Shown here one piece after another: positions 1-12,782 of a stretch of 64,000 nt of DNA; positions within the stretch are counted from its first letter, which is position 1; each line of letters starts with the position of its first letter. The position numbers and the translations under genes were made by a program. Location: contig NC_045696.1 in the NCBI RefSeq assembly GCF_009834535.1, positions 27,034,001 to 27,098,000 of the forward strand, written 5' to 3'. Below the pieces are notes generated by a model. It saw nothing but the letters and a program-made list of their open reading frames with translations. It was not told where the DNA came from and searched no databases. The DNA comes from Camelus ferus (taxonomy: Eukaryota).

Positions 1-12
1 ATATTCACTTAC

Positions 13-62
13 CTTCAATTCTGCATTGGCTGACAGCCATTAATACGGAATTTTTAACTTTC
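13..62 (-). pseudogene. Exon remnant (50 nt, phase 2->1): KVKNSVLMAVSQCRIE
   Basis: ttgtag acceptor, gtaagt donor, single open frame. Confidence 0.7.
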
Positions 63-686
63 CTACAATTAAACCAACAAATCTACCTGTATTTAATTCC
101 TCCTTTTCTTTCCTGACTGTAATTACAACAGAGAAAGTGTTCTTTCCTCTAAGAAAGGAAAGAGTTTCCACCAAAACTCTGGCTGTCATCTCCCCTAGCT
201 GTCACAAGTTAGCCATCCTTGACTATACTGCCTAAAGCATTGCTCATTATTGTCAGTGTCATAGCACTGATCAAATCTGACATTATTTTGCCTACATGTC
301 CACTTTTCTCCCCCCATCTAGAATTAAGCTTCATGAGGGCTGGGACCCTGTCTCGCTGGTATTATAGTCTCTGGCACATAGTGCCTGCCTGGGATATCAC
401 AGGTGCCCAATTTTTGTTGAAAAATAAATGATTAAATAAAATGGTTACTGTGTTTGAAGGGATTGCAAGTTAGTCTACCAACAAACTCTAGCGTTTTTGC
501 CAGGATTAAATAAGTTAATAGGTATAAACCATATAAAAACAGTGCTTTATTAGCATTATCAACTATTAGCTAATATTAATACAATTCACATGAAATAATG
601 AACTAGACTTTAAGACACTGGATGTGAGGCAGCATTCTGGGAATTACTTCGGAAATAATAACACTTAAGATCTACTGTCAACCTAC

Positions 687-703
687 ATGGCTTTGAAATG
701 TCT
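687..703 (-). pseudogene. Micro-exon remnant (17 nt, 0->2): RHFKAM
   Basis: ttttttgcag acceptor, gtaggt donor; phase bridges both neighbours. Confidence 0.55.
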
Positions 704-1347
704 CTGCAAAAAAATTAGTTTGAACCAAAGGACATCTTAGTTTCTTTCCAGCTGTAAAATTCAGCAGCTTTGCAGTTTGAGTCATTACAAGAGAAATAAC
801 ATCATTGTAGCTAGATTTAATGACAAAGACTCCAAGAGGATCTGTGATAGGAAATAGGCTTTTTAAAACAACAAAAATTAACTAGAACTGTCCAGATGTA
901 AAACATAGCATGTAATGCACAGAGGGGTGGGAACCTCTTCCCACTTTCTTAGAGCTCAGAGTCTGATGAGCCAGAATTTAAATAAATAATCAGAACACAG
1001 ATAGATCAGTTCTAGTCTATGGAAAATCTATGTAGGAGTTGCTGCTGAAATCTAGTTAAGAGAGTAGTTAATTGACCTGAAAGATCTAGGAAGTCTTTAT
1101 TTGTAAACCTAGAAAAGGGAATAGAAGTTCCCTACATAAATAAAGAGTAAATGTTATTCAGAGGGAATAGAGTAGATACACATTCCTTGGAATGTTTAAG
1201 AAATGATAGTAGTTTAGAGCAAATACTGTTTAAGACAAAGAAAGAAAGACACAACAATTAGAAGAAATCAGGCAGGAAAGTGAGACTGGGAACAGTTTGT
1301 AAAAGGTCTTTTTTATTTGAATCAGTCCAGGATCTGTTGAAGGAAGC

Positions 1348-1428
1348 AAAAAAAAAAAAAAAAAAAAAAACAACAACAACAAAAAAAAAACAAAACCAAA
1401 AAAAACCCAAAACCAAAACAACAACAAA
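1348..1428 (+). repeat. A-rich low-complexity / (CAA)n-like tract
   Basis: Direct inspection; explains the poly-Lys and poly-Phe ORFs at 1230-1471. Confidence 0.9.
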
Positions 1429-1530
1429 ATACTCTAGCAATTATAAGCAGGCTAAAAGCTTACAAAATTGAATGGAATGGGCTCTAGACTGTTTCCAGGA
1501 ATGACTCCCAAAACCATATTGTTGGCCTAC

Positions 1531-1855
1531 GACAATGCAGACTGCCAGATGTTTCTCCAGCAAAGATGTGATTATTTGGGATCAGCAGAGAATTGCAGTT
1601 CAGGGTCTGCAAACATGGTAAGTCACATACAAGTCCACAGGGCAGGGGAAGGAGAAAGCTTCTACAGAGAGGAAAAGGAAGTTGAGAGGGCTATGGTAGA
1701 CAAAGAGTCCATGGCTCTAGATTGGCTGAGTCCTTGCCAGGGAAGAGGGCTCTTTCTTCTTCCTGTTGGGCTCTGCTCTCATCATCAGGTGTGAGAGCTC
1801 TCCTTTCTGGTCTCTGAACTGTATTTAATTGAAGTTTCTCTTTATTTTTTTTATA
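1531..1855. mobile_element. Probable solo LTR (ERV-type)
   Basis: GC-richer ~320-bp block with a CCAAT box (attgg) and LTR-like layout; family not determined. Confidence 0.45.
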
Positions 1856-2531
1856 ATATCAACATAGATTCAATACACTGGAGCCACCTTAATGGCCTCC
1901 CAATACTCATGAAATTGTGACACCACTACAGAAAACCTGTCTTTACTGCTGTACATGACAGCAGAAAACACACCAAGGCAACAGAAACATGAGTAATCAA
2001 TATGGTTGCTCTCACTTCCTCACCTGCTGCTCCCTCTTCAGTGCAATCTATATCTTCCAAGCACAGCCATGCCACTTTTTCAAATTCCACAAATATTTTT
2101 AACTGGTGGAATTTAAATTTGCATTCAGAAGCCTAGCCCCAAAGGACTTTGAAGACAGAGTTTTAAATCTCCAATGTCTACAGTACAGTAGTCACAGTAG
2201 GACGAGACTGGTATGCATGCGGATCTAATCCACTATATATACTGTAACTATAAATATGAAGTTTGAACTTTATCTTGTAGTACATGGGATTTAAATCCAA
2301 GGAGTTTCCAGGACACACTTGAGAAAAGAGCAGAGTTTGCAAAACAGATTTGAGAAAAGAGTATAGGTAAACTGGTGGTATAATGTAAATGTTATATACA
2401 TAGGAAAGTGAGAATACCAGACTGATCGAGGAAAGTTAAAAGATTAGAAAGCAGGGTAATCCTCAAATTTGAGAGGGTTAAATACAGGTAGAACATACAG
2501 GACTTGATGTAGATAGTAAGAAAGCTATTAC

Positions 2532-2578
2532 CTGTTTTGGATAAAAACAAGTGGAGAAAAAGCAAGATGTTAAAAGTG
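2532..2578 (-). pseudogene. Exon remnant (47 nt, 1->0): LLTSCFFSTCFYPKQ
   Basis: ttttcttacag / gtaata. Confidence 0.6.
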
Positions 2579-2799
2579 CTGTAAGAAAACTACTGCTAAG
2601 TTAGTGCACGCTGTAAAGGAGAGACTTGGAACAGATAAGAGTAAGCCACATCTGCCAAGTCTGGGGATGTCAAGGAAAGATCAGATTGTGTGTATGCATG
2701 TGTGCGTTTCTGATATGTAGTGGTCTTAATAAATATCAAATACAATCTTTTATTCATCCAATACAAACTTAGTGCTAACTATGCTCTGCATTCAATAAA

Positions 2800-2900
2800 T
2801 ACATACTCATTACTATTCTCATTTTATAGATGAGGAAATTGAGGTACTGAGAGTTTAAGTAACTTTCCCAAGGCCACACAGCTAGTAAGTAGTAGAACTA
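2800..2900 (+). mobile_element. MIR SINE fragment
   Basis: attttatagatgaggaaattgagg...aagtaactttcccaaggccacacagctagtaagt core. Confidence 0.85.
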
Positions 2901-3020
2901 ATTCAATGAAGATGAATAAGGTATCTTCAGGAGTAGCGTCCTCCTTCTAATATATTTCACACATAGAAACAAAAACAAATATGGTATTTGTCATGATAAA
3001 TTCTAATAGGATATACTCAT

Positions 3021-3033
3021 CCTTGCTTTTGAC
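3021..3033 (-). pseudogene. Micro-exon remnant (13 nt, 0->1): VKSK, donor mutated (atgagt)
   Basis: ttttgcag acceptor; ATGAGT is one substitution from GTGAGT; phase fits both neighbours. Confidence 0.5.
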
Positions 3034-3303
3034 CTGCAAAATAAATTTTTTTTTTTTTTTTTTTTGGTATTCAGGTCAAAACAACAGTGAGGGATACTTT
3101 AAACATAAGATTTAAAAGCACTCTAGATTGGCTATTCTTTCTCAATCTTAATTTGAGGTCCCCCATGGATTCCTCCCTGCCTGTAAACATTATTTTGACA
3201 GTCTCCAATGCCTGAATCACCTTGCTATCTGAAGAACTCCCAACAGTTGACTTCACTATTTCCTTTCTTCCTGCTAGTTATTGAAGAATAATGATATCAC
3301 AAC

Positions 3304-3357
3304 CTCCAATTGGCAAATGAATAAGAGGCCAAGGCCATTTGCAATGTCAATTTTCTT
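3304..3357 (-). pseudogene. Exon remnant (54 nt, 0->0): KKIDIANGLGLLFICQLE
   Basis: aatttttag / gttgtg; open frame. Confidence 0.6.
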
Positions 3358-3496
3358 CTAAAAATTATAAAACAGGTTCAACATATTCAGCTTCAATAAA
3401 AACTATAAAACTGACCCAAACAAAAAAATAATCAGCAGGACCAAGGACTATAGATTTGAATACAATATAGATCTGAACATCATTTCATTGTCAAAC

Positions 3497-3558
3497 CATC
3501 AGCTTTGAAGTTCTACTTCTTAGCTGTTTCTGTGGTCCAGGAGCTGGGTCCTTGTCAA
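3497..3558 (-). pseudogene. Exon remnant (62 nt, 1->0): DKDPAPGPQKQLRSRTSKLM
   Basis: ccttttag / gtttga; open frame. Confidence 0.55.
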
Positions 3559-3619
3559 CTAAAAGGCAATGGAATAAAAAAGAGACCTAATAGTCTGCCA
3601 AACTAATAAAATTAGGCAA

Positions 3620-3800
3620 GAGTATGGACTTCGGAATAATAAACTGGTTGGATTTGAATTTCAGCTCTGCCAATTATTAGCATATACTTTTGGACAACTT
3701 ATTTGAATGCTCAATGCCTCAGTTTCCTTGTCTGTAAAATGGAAACAATATCTACCCAATAGGGTTGAAGTAGCATGAAATGAGTTAAATATATAAACAT
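3620..3800 (-). mobile_element. MIR SINE fragment
   Basis: gcctcagtttccttgtctgtaaaatgg core. Confidence 0.8.
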
Positions 3801-3859
3801 ATTTTGAGCAACTCCCACACATGGTTCTGCTATGTCAGTGTTTGCTGTTGTTAGTTATT

Positions 3860-4460
3860 CACTGATCTCAAGACCTTCCCACATCTTTAGCCTCCACTAA
3901 CAGAAAAACTCCTTGAAAGAGTGATCAATAAGATTGCCTTCATTTCCTTTCCTCCTTTAGCTGTTTATCTTATTGTCCATGACTACCATGACTCTAGAAC
4001 GGCTTTTGTTGAGATCACTCATGACCTCCCTAAATCTAAAAGCCATTTATGATTCTTATATTAACATCCTAGTAACATTTAACACTTCAATCACTGCCTT
4101 TTCATTAAAACACTTTGTTTTCTTGGCTTCCACGGGATCACATTTCCCTGGGTTCCATTTTGTTCAGTGACACTTCCATCTCGGTTACTTCTGACAACTT
4201 CTCAACAAATAAATCTTTGAGTGCTGCAGGACTCAGATGTAGGTTTCCTTCTCCATATACAACCTCATCCTAGGTAATCTCATACAACCTTATGACTTTA
4301 AATAGCATCTTTATGTGTTGCTCCGTATCTATGATTCCAGCTCTGACTCCAGCTCAGACTTCTCCAATGGCCTCCACATTCATGCTAGAAAAATCTACAT
4401 GCCTCGTTGATATCTCCAATTGCAAATATAATAGAAATCACAAAGCTAAAATGTCTAGAA
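3860..4460. mobile_element. L2 LINE fragment
   Basis: Degenerate L2 ORF2 motifs (tgacctccctaaat, cttggcttccacgg, atctccaattgc). Confidence 0.6.
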
Positions 4461-4735
4461 CAAAATACATACAATCTGCCATCTCTGATACTCCCAAAGA
4501 AGAGAGTGACCTTATCTTTCTAGGAAACAATCAGTACACATATTGTTTGCAGCTCCTTTGGGATAAAATATCATATACAGCAAAATGTAATATATATTTA
4601 GATGATTCTTGTACTCTAAGTTTCTGAAAGTAAGAATCCATTTGTCACTAATCCCTGCATCTGTTCTGCACCCTTAACAGTCTATAGCACTCAATGGATA
4701 TTCTGCAAGTGATAAAGTGAATGAAGAAACGCTAC

Positions 4736-4776
4736 CTTAGAGAAGATTTACACTGATGTCTCTTATCCTTGGTCTC
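4736..4776 (-). pseudogene. Possible exon remnant (41 nt; frame uncertain, ETKDKRHQCKSSL or RPRIRDISVNLL*)
   Basis: ttctttcacttaag / gtagcg. Confidence 0.35.
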
Positions 4777-5039
4777 CTTAAGTGAAAGAAGAAATCATGA
4801 AAATCATTGCTAACCCTTTTTAAAAATTATTTTGTTATATTTTAAAATCTAATTTCCAGAGGTTCCCAGAGCTAGTTTGTTCTGTTATTGTACTAGAAAT
4901 ATTGGTCATGTTTCTGTAACAGCTCTTATTCTCTGTATCCACAAAGAGAATGCTCCTTGTTTACAACAGCAGCGTCTACCACTGAGTAAGGGTAATGATC
5001 AGGGTACTCGTTAAGCTAGAGATCTGAAAATAAGACTCA

Positions 5040-5612
5040 ACATTGTGGAAAACAATTGGCAGTTCCTTAAAAGTTAAGCATAAAATTACCAAATGACCCA
5101 GAAATTCCACTCCCAGCTATATCCAAAAGAATTCAAAATAAGTATTCAAAGAAACAGTTGTAAAGAAGTGTTCATAGCAGCACTATTAATAAGTAATAGC
5201 AAAAAGTTGAAAACACTCAAATGTCCATCAACAGATGAATGGATAAACAAAATACAGCATGCACACACATGTACACACATGCAAATAGTGTCATAAAAAG
5301 GAGTGAAGTGCTGATACGTGCTGCAATGTGGATGAATTTCAAAAACATTATACTTCATGGAAGAAGTCAGACATAAAAAGTCACATATTGCATGATTCCA
5401 TTTATATGAAATATGCAGATTAGGCAAGCAAAGTGCTGATTCGCAGAAAGCAGATGGGTGGTTGCCAGGGGATAGTGGGCAGTAGGAATGAGGAGAGACT
5501 CCTTAATGGCTATGAGTTTTCTTTTTGGGTGACAAAAATGTTTTGGAACTAGATAGAGGTTGCACAACAGGGTGAGTGTACTAAATGCCACTGAACTGTA
5601 TGCTTTAAATAG
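5040..5612 (+). mobile_element. L1M (L1MB/MC-type) 3' end
   Basis: gtggaaaacaattggcagttcct, aaatgtccatcaacagatgaatggataaac, tactaaatgccactgaactgt. Confidence 0.85.
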
Positions 5613-5619
5613 TTCGTTG

Positions 5620-6060
5620 TATTTTCTGACACCTAACACTCCTGAGATTGACAGGTGGTTGGGGGCAGGTAAGTGACTCTGCTCCATGAGGTGTTCCAGG
5701 ACTATTCCAGAGATGCCATTCTCTGTGGTATTTGTGATATTCTCTACTCCTCATAGTTCAAGTTGGTTGATGAGCATCACTTCTCTATCCTAGCCTTCAG
5801 AAACAGAAAACCAAAGAAGTGAAGGCAAACTCTTTCCTCTTGAAAAGACATAACCATGGCAGTTGCATCCACACATCACTGCTGCTTACATCTCAGTGCC
5901 TGGAACTTGGTCATATGGCCGCAACTAATGTAAGGGAGACCGGGGAAAATTATGTATGTCAGGCATTCATGTACCCCTTTAAAATGCAGGAGATTTTCTT
6001 GTTAAAAGGAAGGAGAGAAAGGATAATGGAAAACAATCAGCAGTTTCTGCTGCAGAGGTG
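5620..6060. mobile_element. MLT1-type (MaLR) LTR relic
   Basis: cacatcactgctgcttacatctcagtgcctggaacttggtcatatggcc motif. Confidence 0.55.
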
Positions 6061-6747
6061 ATTGGTAAATATTTTGCCAAAAGGAGAAACACATGTTTTC
6101 AGTTTAGAAAATAATAATTAGGTAATCAAAAGTTGTATAGCCCTCAAATTTTATTTAGAAAATCATATTTACAGTGTAAAGCTTCTCATCAGGGCTGTGA
6201 TGAGAAGTACTCATACCAGTGTGGTATTATAACAGTAGAAAATTCCCCATTTCTTAAGGAACACCAAAACAAGGCCAAAGTTACATCTGTTTATTGAAAT
6301 AACACCTATAATGTATTTTCTAGATAATTTTATCAGTATAAAATACATCAGAATCTAATGGCCAAAATTAATGTTTCAGTATTAAAATAGAGCTTCATGA
6401 GGAATGCATTTGCTGTTTTTCTTCAGTGACCCTTAAAACTACCCAGATTCAGCTCCACAAGAAACAAAACAAAACAGAGAGGAGTCACTAGCCTTTATGA
6501 TTTGTGAGAACCTTTAATGCCCAGACTTGATTTACAAGGTACAAATGCTCTGGATTTAGAAACAATCTCCTTCTTCCTACTTTAAATTAAATTACTAATG
6601 TACTCAGTCCCTGATATTTGTCCATTGTAGGCTTATGGTTTTTCATTTTTATATTTGAAGTTGAAAAATGTATAAATATAATAGAAGCAATAATAACTAA
6701 GGTATCTAGTCTTAGGAGTCAAATACAAGTTCGGACTTAGCCTTGAC

Positions 6748-6944
6748 TTGAAGCCTTTTGATTGACATTTCCATTGCTAGAGTCAAGATCCAACTAAATT
6801 TCATTTTGCCTTTTCTGTGGGTTATCATTATTGCAAGAATCATCTCATCCTGGCAGGATCTTGATTTAAGGCTTTAACATTCAGTGAGGCTCAAAGAGAT
6901 TTTGCAAGGTCGCAGCGCTGTAGGTTTGTTTGGTAATACAAAAC
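6748..6944 (-). pseudogene. Exon remnant (phase 1 start): FVLPNKPTALRPCKISLSLTEC*SLKSRSCQDEMILAIMITHRKG...; 3' end uncertain
   Basis: ctatcttcag acceptor; one stop in about 65 codons; phase matches previous exon. Confidence 0.5.
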
Positions 6945-7125
6945 CTGAAGATAGAACGCCAGCCCGTGCAAGATCTCAGCAGTGGTTACACATGTCACAA
7001 ACTGCATCCTCAGGTACGATCAGGATGACTTTGAAGGCTGTTTGGGTCACACAGTTTTCTTTTATGGACCAATTTCAATATTTCTTACAAGTTTACAAAA
7101 TCCTATTTCTCCTCAATTTGCTCAC

Positions 7126-7169
7126 CTCAGGAAAGGCTTGTCAGAAGAGTGATTGGTCTCAGTGAACAT
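7126..7169 (-). pseudogene. Exon remnant (44 nt, 2->1): CSLRPITLLTSLS*
   Basis: catttag / gtgagc. Confidence 0.6.
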
Positions 7170-7400
7170 CTAAATGTACATTTTCTGTATCACATTTTCC
7201 CCCAATCAGATGGATTTCTCTCCTGTGGATGGTGCTTTTTAGTTTGATGTATAATATATTATATAGAAGCATCTAAAGATACACATGATCATGACCCATT
7301 CAGAAAGTTTGTGGAAGGAGAATATTCATGTGGAAGTGATAAGTGTGCCAATGTTTATAGACAACTTCATTTCTTCTACCCATGTGAATACGTCACTTAC

Positions 7401-7528
7401 ATACTTTGGCTGTAATTTTGTAGGATGCATTGGTACTCAGTGATGTTCCTTTTCAGTTTCAAGATGGATGATCTTTCACATTGAGCTATCTGTAATTCAA
7501 ACCCATGTTGAAGATCTTGAAATGTTTC
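7401..7528 (-). pseudogene. Exon remnant (128 nt, 0->2): ETFQDLQHGFELQIAQCERSSILKLKRNITEYQCILQNYSQS
   Basis: attttcag / gtaagt; fully open, helical-looking. Confidence 0.75.
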
Positions 7529-7639
7529 CTGAAAATTATGTCAGTATTTCATATAACACAAAGGAGAATCAATTATATACACATACATATGTAGATTAAA
7601 GAGTGACTAATTTATCATACTTTTCTTGCTATTTAGCAT

Positions 7640-7860
7640 AGGTGACACAGCATGGTGACTAAGGGCGTACATTTGGAGTCAGACTGAGTTTGACTTCAGG
7701 TCAGATCTAGCATTTACAAGCAGTGGGATCTTAAGTTGATTCCAGAAACACTCTGGGCCATAGCTTCTTCATCTAACTGGAGATGATCAAATATACCTCG
7801 TAAGATTATTTTGAAGAATAAGTTACATACATGTAAATTGCTAGGCACTTAACAGGTGTT
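7640..7860 (-). mobile_element. MIR SINE fragment
   Basis: Degenerate MIR body. Confidence 0.6.
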
Positions 7861-8037
7861 CATATATGCAGATATTTTAATATTTCATATAAATCTTAGT
7901 AATTGTGGGGGGTGTAGGCAGAGCAGTGTTGTCTGATAATGGTATGCTGTAACCAGTCGTGGGATAGGTAGTAAGTTATTTGCTACAAATATTAGAAAAG
8001 TTCCAAAGTTAACAAATGTTCTTCTTTATTTACTTAC

Positions 8038-8107
8038 ACAAGCAAACTTAAAATTATGAACTATATTTATAATTTTTTTTCACTCTCATTTTGAAACACT
8101 TGTATGA
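8038..8107 (-). pseudogene. Exon remnant (70 nt, 1-nt frameshift in A-run): IQVFQNESEKK/IINIVHNFKFAC
   Basis: tttctctgttag / gtaagt; restoring one A gives an open phase 1->0 exon. Confidence 0.7.
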
Positions 8108-8297
8108 CTAACAGAGAAAGCTGGTAGTAAGAGGTTGGTACATGGGCTTGTGCTGTGCCCCAAAAAAGCAACTATTATGTGACTCCTGACTATGAGGGCT
8201 GGGCGGAGGAATAAGCGTGCGGAGAACTAAGTCAAGTACAGGAGGGGAACTCCTTTCCACTCAGATGGGAAAGAAAAAGGTAAGAATAAATGAGTCT

Positions 8298-8466
8298 ATA
8301 ACAAGGACCTATTGTATAGCACAGGGAACTATATTCAATACCTTGTAATGATTAATAATGGAAAATAATCTGAAAAGGAATACATATTTATATATATGTA
8401 CATATAACTGAATTACCTTGCTGTATACCCGAAACACTGTGAATCAACTATACTTCAATAAAATAA
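8298..8466 (+). mobile_element. Cetartiodactyl L1 3'UTR fragment
   Basis: acaaggacctattgtatagcacagggaactatattcaatacc...tatacttcaataaaa. Confidence 0.85.
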
Positions 8467-9054
8467 AGACTGAACAATATGCTGATAAATATCAGAAGAT
8501 CATTGGACTCTGTACCATCCTAACACATACCTAAAAATACCATAATTTTTGAAATATGAACCTTCAAGGTAAAAACAGCATAGTTTATTGTTCTATACTT
8601 TGGATCCAAAATTCTTATGAAACTTCCACAACTGATCCAAAATTTTGATGAAACCTCTAATAGCCATGAGCTGGATTGAGTCTCAAGAACTGAACAGCAT
8701 AAGCTACCCTGTACCTACACACCTGCAATATGGGTGTTTAGAAACCTAAATATTTATGTGGATAAAATTTCTTCCTTAGTACTTTTTAATTAGTGTTAAT
8801 GTTTCAAGATAAATTATTCTATTTTATCCTCAAAACAGTACTTGGTTGGGGGGCAAAGAGATGCAAAGAAAGAAGCAATCTAATGAAAGCACTTTTATTT
8901 CTTCCTATAGATTACTATTAGGTCTATGCCTTTCCAGGACAATTATATTGTATCTTCTTCTATTTTTTTTAACAACAGTGAGCTCTTTATTTTCTGCCAT
9001 AACAGAAGGGAAGCAGAGTTACAAATTGCTTGTAACTATACATTGTCCAAAAAC

Positions 9055-9089
9055 CTTTTCTGATTGACTTTGATACATAGGACAGTCCA
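9055..9089 (-). pseudogene. Exon remnant (35 nt, 2->1): GLSYVSKSIRK
   Basis: tttaactgtag / weak gttttt donor; phase fits. Confidence 0.45.
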
Positions 9090-9377
9090 CTACAGTTAAA
9101 GAGTCCAAAATGGGTAGTAAGGGAAGCTGACCCACAACGCCCCAGGGAAGACAGAGAATTCCACAGAGGAAAATTCACATGCAGGTCCTTCAAGATATAT
9201 TAAAGAGTAATATATTTACTTCTGTTGACAGGTTAGTTTAGGGTAAGGCTTAGTGGAGTAGGAACCAAGCCAGTCCCAACTCTGCCCATTTTAATGAGTC
9301 ATGTTCTCTTCAAAGCTTAATTTCCTCTTCTGTTGAGGATGCTAAACTACTGCCTGCAGGTAAAATTCTGCCTGTGA

Positions 9378-9490
9378 CTTTTTTTTTAATTGAAGTATAG
9401 TGTTGTGTTAGTTTCCAGTGTACAGAATAGTAATTCAATCATATATTATGTTTATACATAGTCTTTTTCATACTCTTTTTCATTATAGGA
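9378..9490 (-). mobile_element. L1 3'UTR fragment
   Basis: ttttaattgaagtatagtgttgtgttagtttccagtgtacag. Confidence 0.75.
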
Positions 9491-9633
9491 AGTGAGTATT
9501 CTTCTTAGGGTAGTCTGGGATATTTACCAACAGTCAGACATTCAAAAAGATAAAGAACACAGAGGAAAGGTATCCTGAAGGGGTGGGATGGGATATGCAA
9601 GAAAATATTCCAAAGAAAGTAAATTTAAATAGA

Positions 9634-9855
9634 GCAGTGGGTCTCAACTAAGGCAATTTTGTCCCCTCCCATCCTTGTACCTCACCCTGGGATCTATGGA
9701 GACATGTTTGTCACAAGTGGCATTGGGGTTGCTACTGGCATCTAGTAGGTAAAGGCCAGGGATGCTGCTAAATCCCTTAATGTATAGGACAACCCCTGCT
9801 AAAAAACCAATTATCCAGCCCTAAATGTCAGTAGTGCCGAGTCTGAGAAACCATG
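9634..9855. mobile_element. MER20-like hAT-Charlie DNA transposon
   Basis: ggcatctagtaggtaaaggccagggatgctgctaaa...aaatgtcagtagtgccgagtctgagaaacc. Confidence 0.8.
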
Positions 9856-12329
9856 AAACAGAATATGACACTTGGCATGGAATAGTTTTTGATTTCTAAC
9901 CGCCAATCTTGAAAGCTCCCACCCCAAGCACCTTGTCTGGACCCAATTCAGTAATTTTCATCTGTGTGTGCGTGTGCATGTGCGTGTGTGTGTGTGTATG
10001 TTGGGAAGGAACAGGACCGTGGAGATGGTATAAAGAGGAGAAAGAAGGCTATAAGCTCCACCACATACACTCTAAGGGTTGGGAGTAAGAGTGTGTCATT
10101 AGGAAATAAGAAAGTATTATTATTAATGTACAGTACATATAACTGAGGTCATTTATTTGATCTCATGTTAGTGTTTTTGCTATTACTATTGTTCTATGAC
10201 CACAAATTATCTACTTTGTAAATTGTCTTTATAACTTACAAATGTATATTTGGCTATAAGAGCAATTATCTATTACAAATTATCTACTGCTTCTCTCACC
10301 TTCATGAAACTCTTTAGCTTTTGGTAATGCTTTCTCTCCTCATTCTCCTACTACTTCTCTGAATATTCCTTTTCAGTCTCCTTAACTTGCACCCTTTCAT
10401 CTGTTCCTCTCCTTCTGATTAAGTGATGGTTTTCATCAGAATGTTTTTTATTATTGAGCACAGTGTTTTGTATTACTCTTTTTTTTTTTGTCTTAATATG
10501 TCTATCTCCATCCTCAACCTAAGCATATGCATGGACATGCAGACTTTTCTAAAAACTCTGTTTCCAAGATTCACATTGTTATACATGGAATAGATATTTT
10601 CTACAACATGATTCTGCTGTGCTGCCTGAAAATGTTTCAGAGGAGGGCTAACTGAGACTAGGTCAATCAGAATCTGTCCTGGAAATTTTAGAACTGAAAC
10701 TGAGCATTAAAGTGCTCCACAATCATTATATTCACATGTATCAACAAAATGGGGAGGTTTGAAAGCAGGATGGAGAGAGAGAGGGAGAGAGGGAGAAAGG
10801 AAGAGAGAGAGAAAATATGCATTGAGGCACAGAGAAGGAATACCTCGCAGAGGTAAGTAACCATGAGGGTGTTTGAGACACTAACCCACCATTATCCTTC
10901 CTGTCCAGGCTTATTCCCATGCAGTCCAGGCTTATTCCCATCCCTGAATCTTTTAAGAAAACACAATAAAAAATCTTTTTACATAATCTACTTTGAATCT
11001 GATTTATGTGTTGTGTAAAAGAAGCACTTTTAAGGTGCTCGGAAGTCCTTCTTCATATACACCTTTCCCCCAAGCAATCCATTCCACTCTGTTACTTTAT
11101 CTTGAGAAACTACATTTCAAGCCAACTGCTGCCTGAAAAGCTTTACATCATATTCATATTATCATTATATTCCATCTGCATCCTCAAAGTTCCTCTTCCT
11201 CCTATATCTTATCTTATGGAAATCCAATTGGCTCCTTCTCCTAAGTAAGAAGCAGGAGTGCCCTCAATGGCTCCTTCCCTTTCCTTCTTTTTTTAAAAAA
11301 GATAAGTAATATGTAATGCAATAACCGTTTAATCAAAAATGATGAAAAAAAATCCATGATAGAGAAAACTCCAAATTTATAAATAAAGACAAGATCAGTA
11401 ATAGTACTATGTAGAGCTGTCTTTTACTTTTGATCATTGACCCCTCTCATTGTTACCTTAGTGTTTTCCTGGGCTACTGAAATAGCCTCCTAACTGTTCT
11501 CCCTACCTAACACAGTCTTTCCATTTTTCCTTAACTAAGCCATCAGTCATCTTTCTAATATGCAAATCTGATTATATCCCTTCCCTGCTTAAAACCTTTA
11601 TAATGGTCTCCATTTCCATATATTCCTGAAGATGCTGCATAAAGCATTTTATGATCAGGTCTCTGCCTATCTCCTGCCTCGCCTCCTATTCCTTCAACAA
11701 TTTCCTGCTACCAGCAGTACTGAGCTTTACTCTTCCACCATACTGAACTTCCTTTGATTCTTTAAATGCATTGTAACAGTTCATTCATCTCTGCTTTTAT
11801 TTTTTTTAAACATGCCATATCTTTTGCCTGGCTTGGTCTTTATGATTTATCCCCAGTTTACTTATCAAGCATTTTATTTTCATCCTTCAAACCCAGCCCA
11901 GATTTACTTAATCTGGGAAGATAGATACTAAATATTATTGCTCTTCAATCCTCTGTTCTAAATCTTTCGCTCTTCTTTTAGTGTTATACACTTTCTCCCT
12001 GGCTTATCTCAACCACTCTCATAACTTCAATTATTGATGACTCCCCAAGTGGGGATATGATCCCTCATTCTGAACATCACACATATATATCAAGTGGCAA
12101 ATTATATATAAAACAGACAGCTCAAGGTCAATATGTACAAAAATGAAATTTTATCCCCCCTTGAATTGCTTCTTATTCAAGATATTCTATATTTTAGAAA
12201 CTTGCACAACCATTTATTTAAGGGAAAAAAAACCCTGGAAATCATCCTTGATCCTTCCTTCTCCCTCATGTTTGGTATCTTCCTCCAGCATACTGGAGCC
12301 ATCATGTTGGCATTACCAGTGTTTACATC

Positions 12330-12485
12330 ATTCCAATGCCATGGTCACCAATGCCACTGCCAACATTGTTGCTGGCATTTACATAGTGATCACTGCCAAT
12401 GCCCTAGCAGTGCTTGCTAACATCATCAACACCAGGGCTACCAATGCCTCACACTCTTCTCGTCCCATAACAATTATACAACAAT
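12330..12485 (+). repeat. Degenerate (CAY/CCA)n low-complexity tract
   Basis: Direct inspection; explains the His/Thr/Ala-rich ORFs at 12133-12487. Confidence 0.6.
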
Positions 12486-12591
12486 AGCTCTTCTAAGTGC
12501 TACATTTTACTTATGTTTCAGCCCCCTAGCCTGAGGAGTTGTGTGGGAAACAATGAGAGCTGGGCTATGTAATAATCTCAGGAACACAAAC

Positions 12592-12782
12592 CATGTTCAG
12601 AATCATTCCTCCCTTCTGGGTTCAATATTTGCCAAAAATTCTTCAACCAGCCTTATCTATCTTGACCCTCTTTTCCCCTAGGATGAATTCTTATTTTTCT
12701 AGGAGGTTTTTTGATCTTCATGTAAACATATCCCTGGCTATTCTTAATTAGTCCTCCAAATTATGCCCGAACACGTGTGAAT
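12592..12782 (-). pseudogene. Exon remnant (191 nt, stops + frameshift): DSHVFGHNLED*LRIARDMFT*RSKNLLEK*EFILGEKRVKIDK/LVEEFLANIEPRREE
   Basis: tttactgtcag / gtttgt; phase 1->2 after removing one base. Confidence 0.5.

Noticed and set aside
7126..7169. Reading MFTETNHSSDKPFLR as a start-codon exon of an intact small gene
   Set aside because: The upstream exon ends in phase 2 and the downstream exon starts in phase 1, which selects the other frame.
10903..10941. Short direct repeats (gtccaggcttattcccat x2; also 27255-27304) as a CRISPR-like array
   Set aside because: Only two copies with no spacers, in eukaryotic DNA; simple tandem duplications.
12133..12487. His/Cys- and Thr/Ala-rich ORFs
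   Set aside because: Translation of a degenerate trinucleotide tract within an L2-like region.
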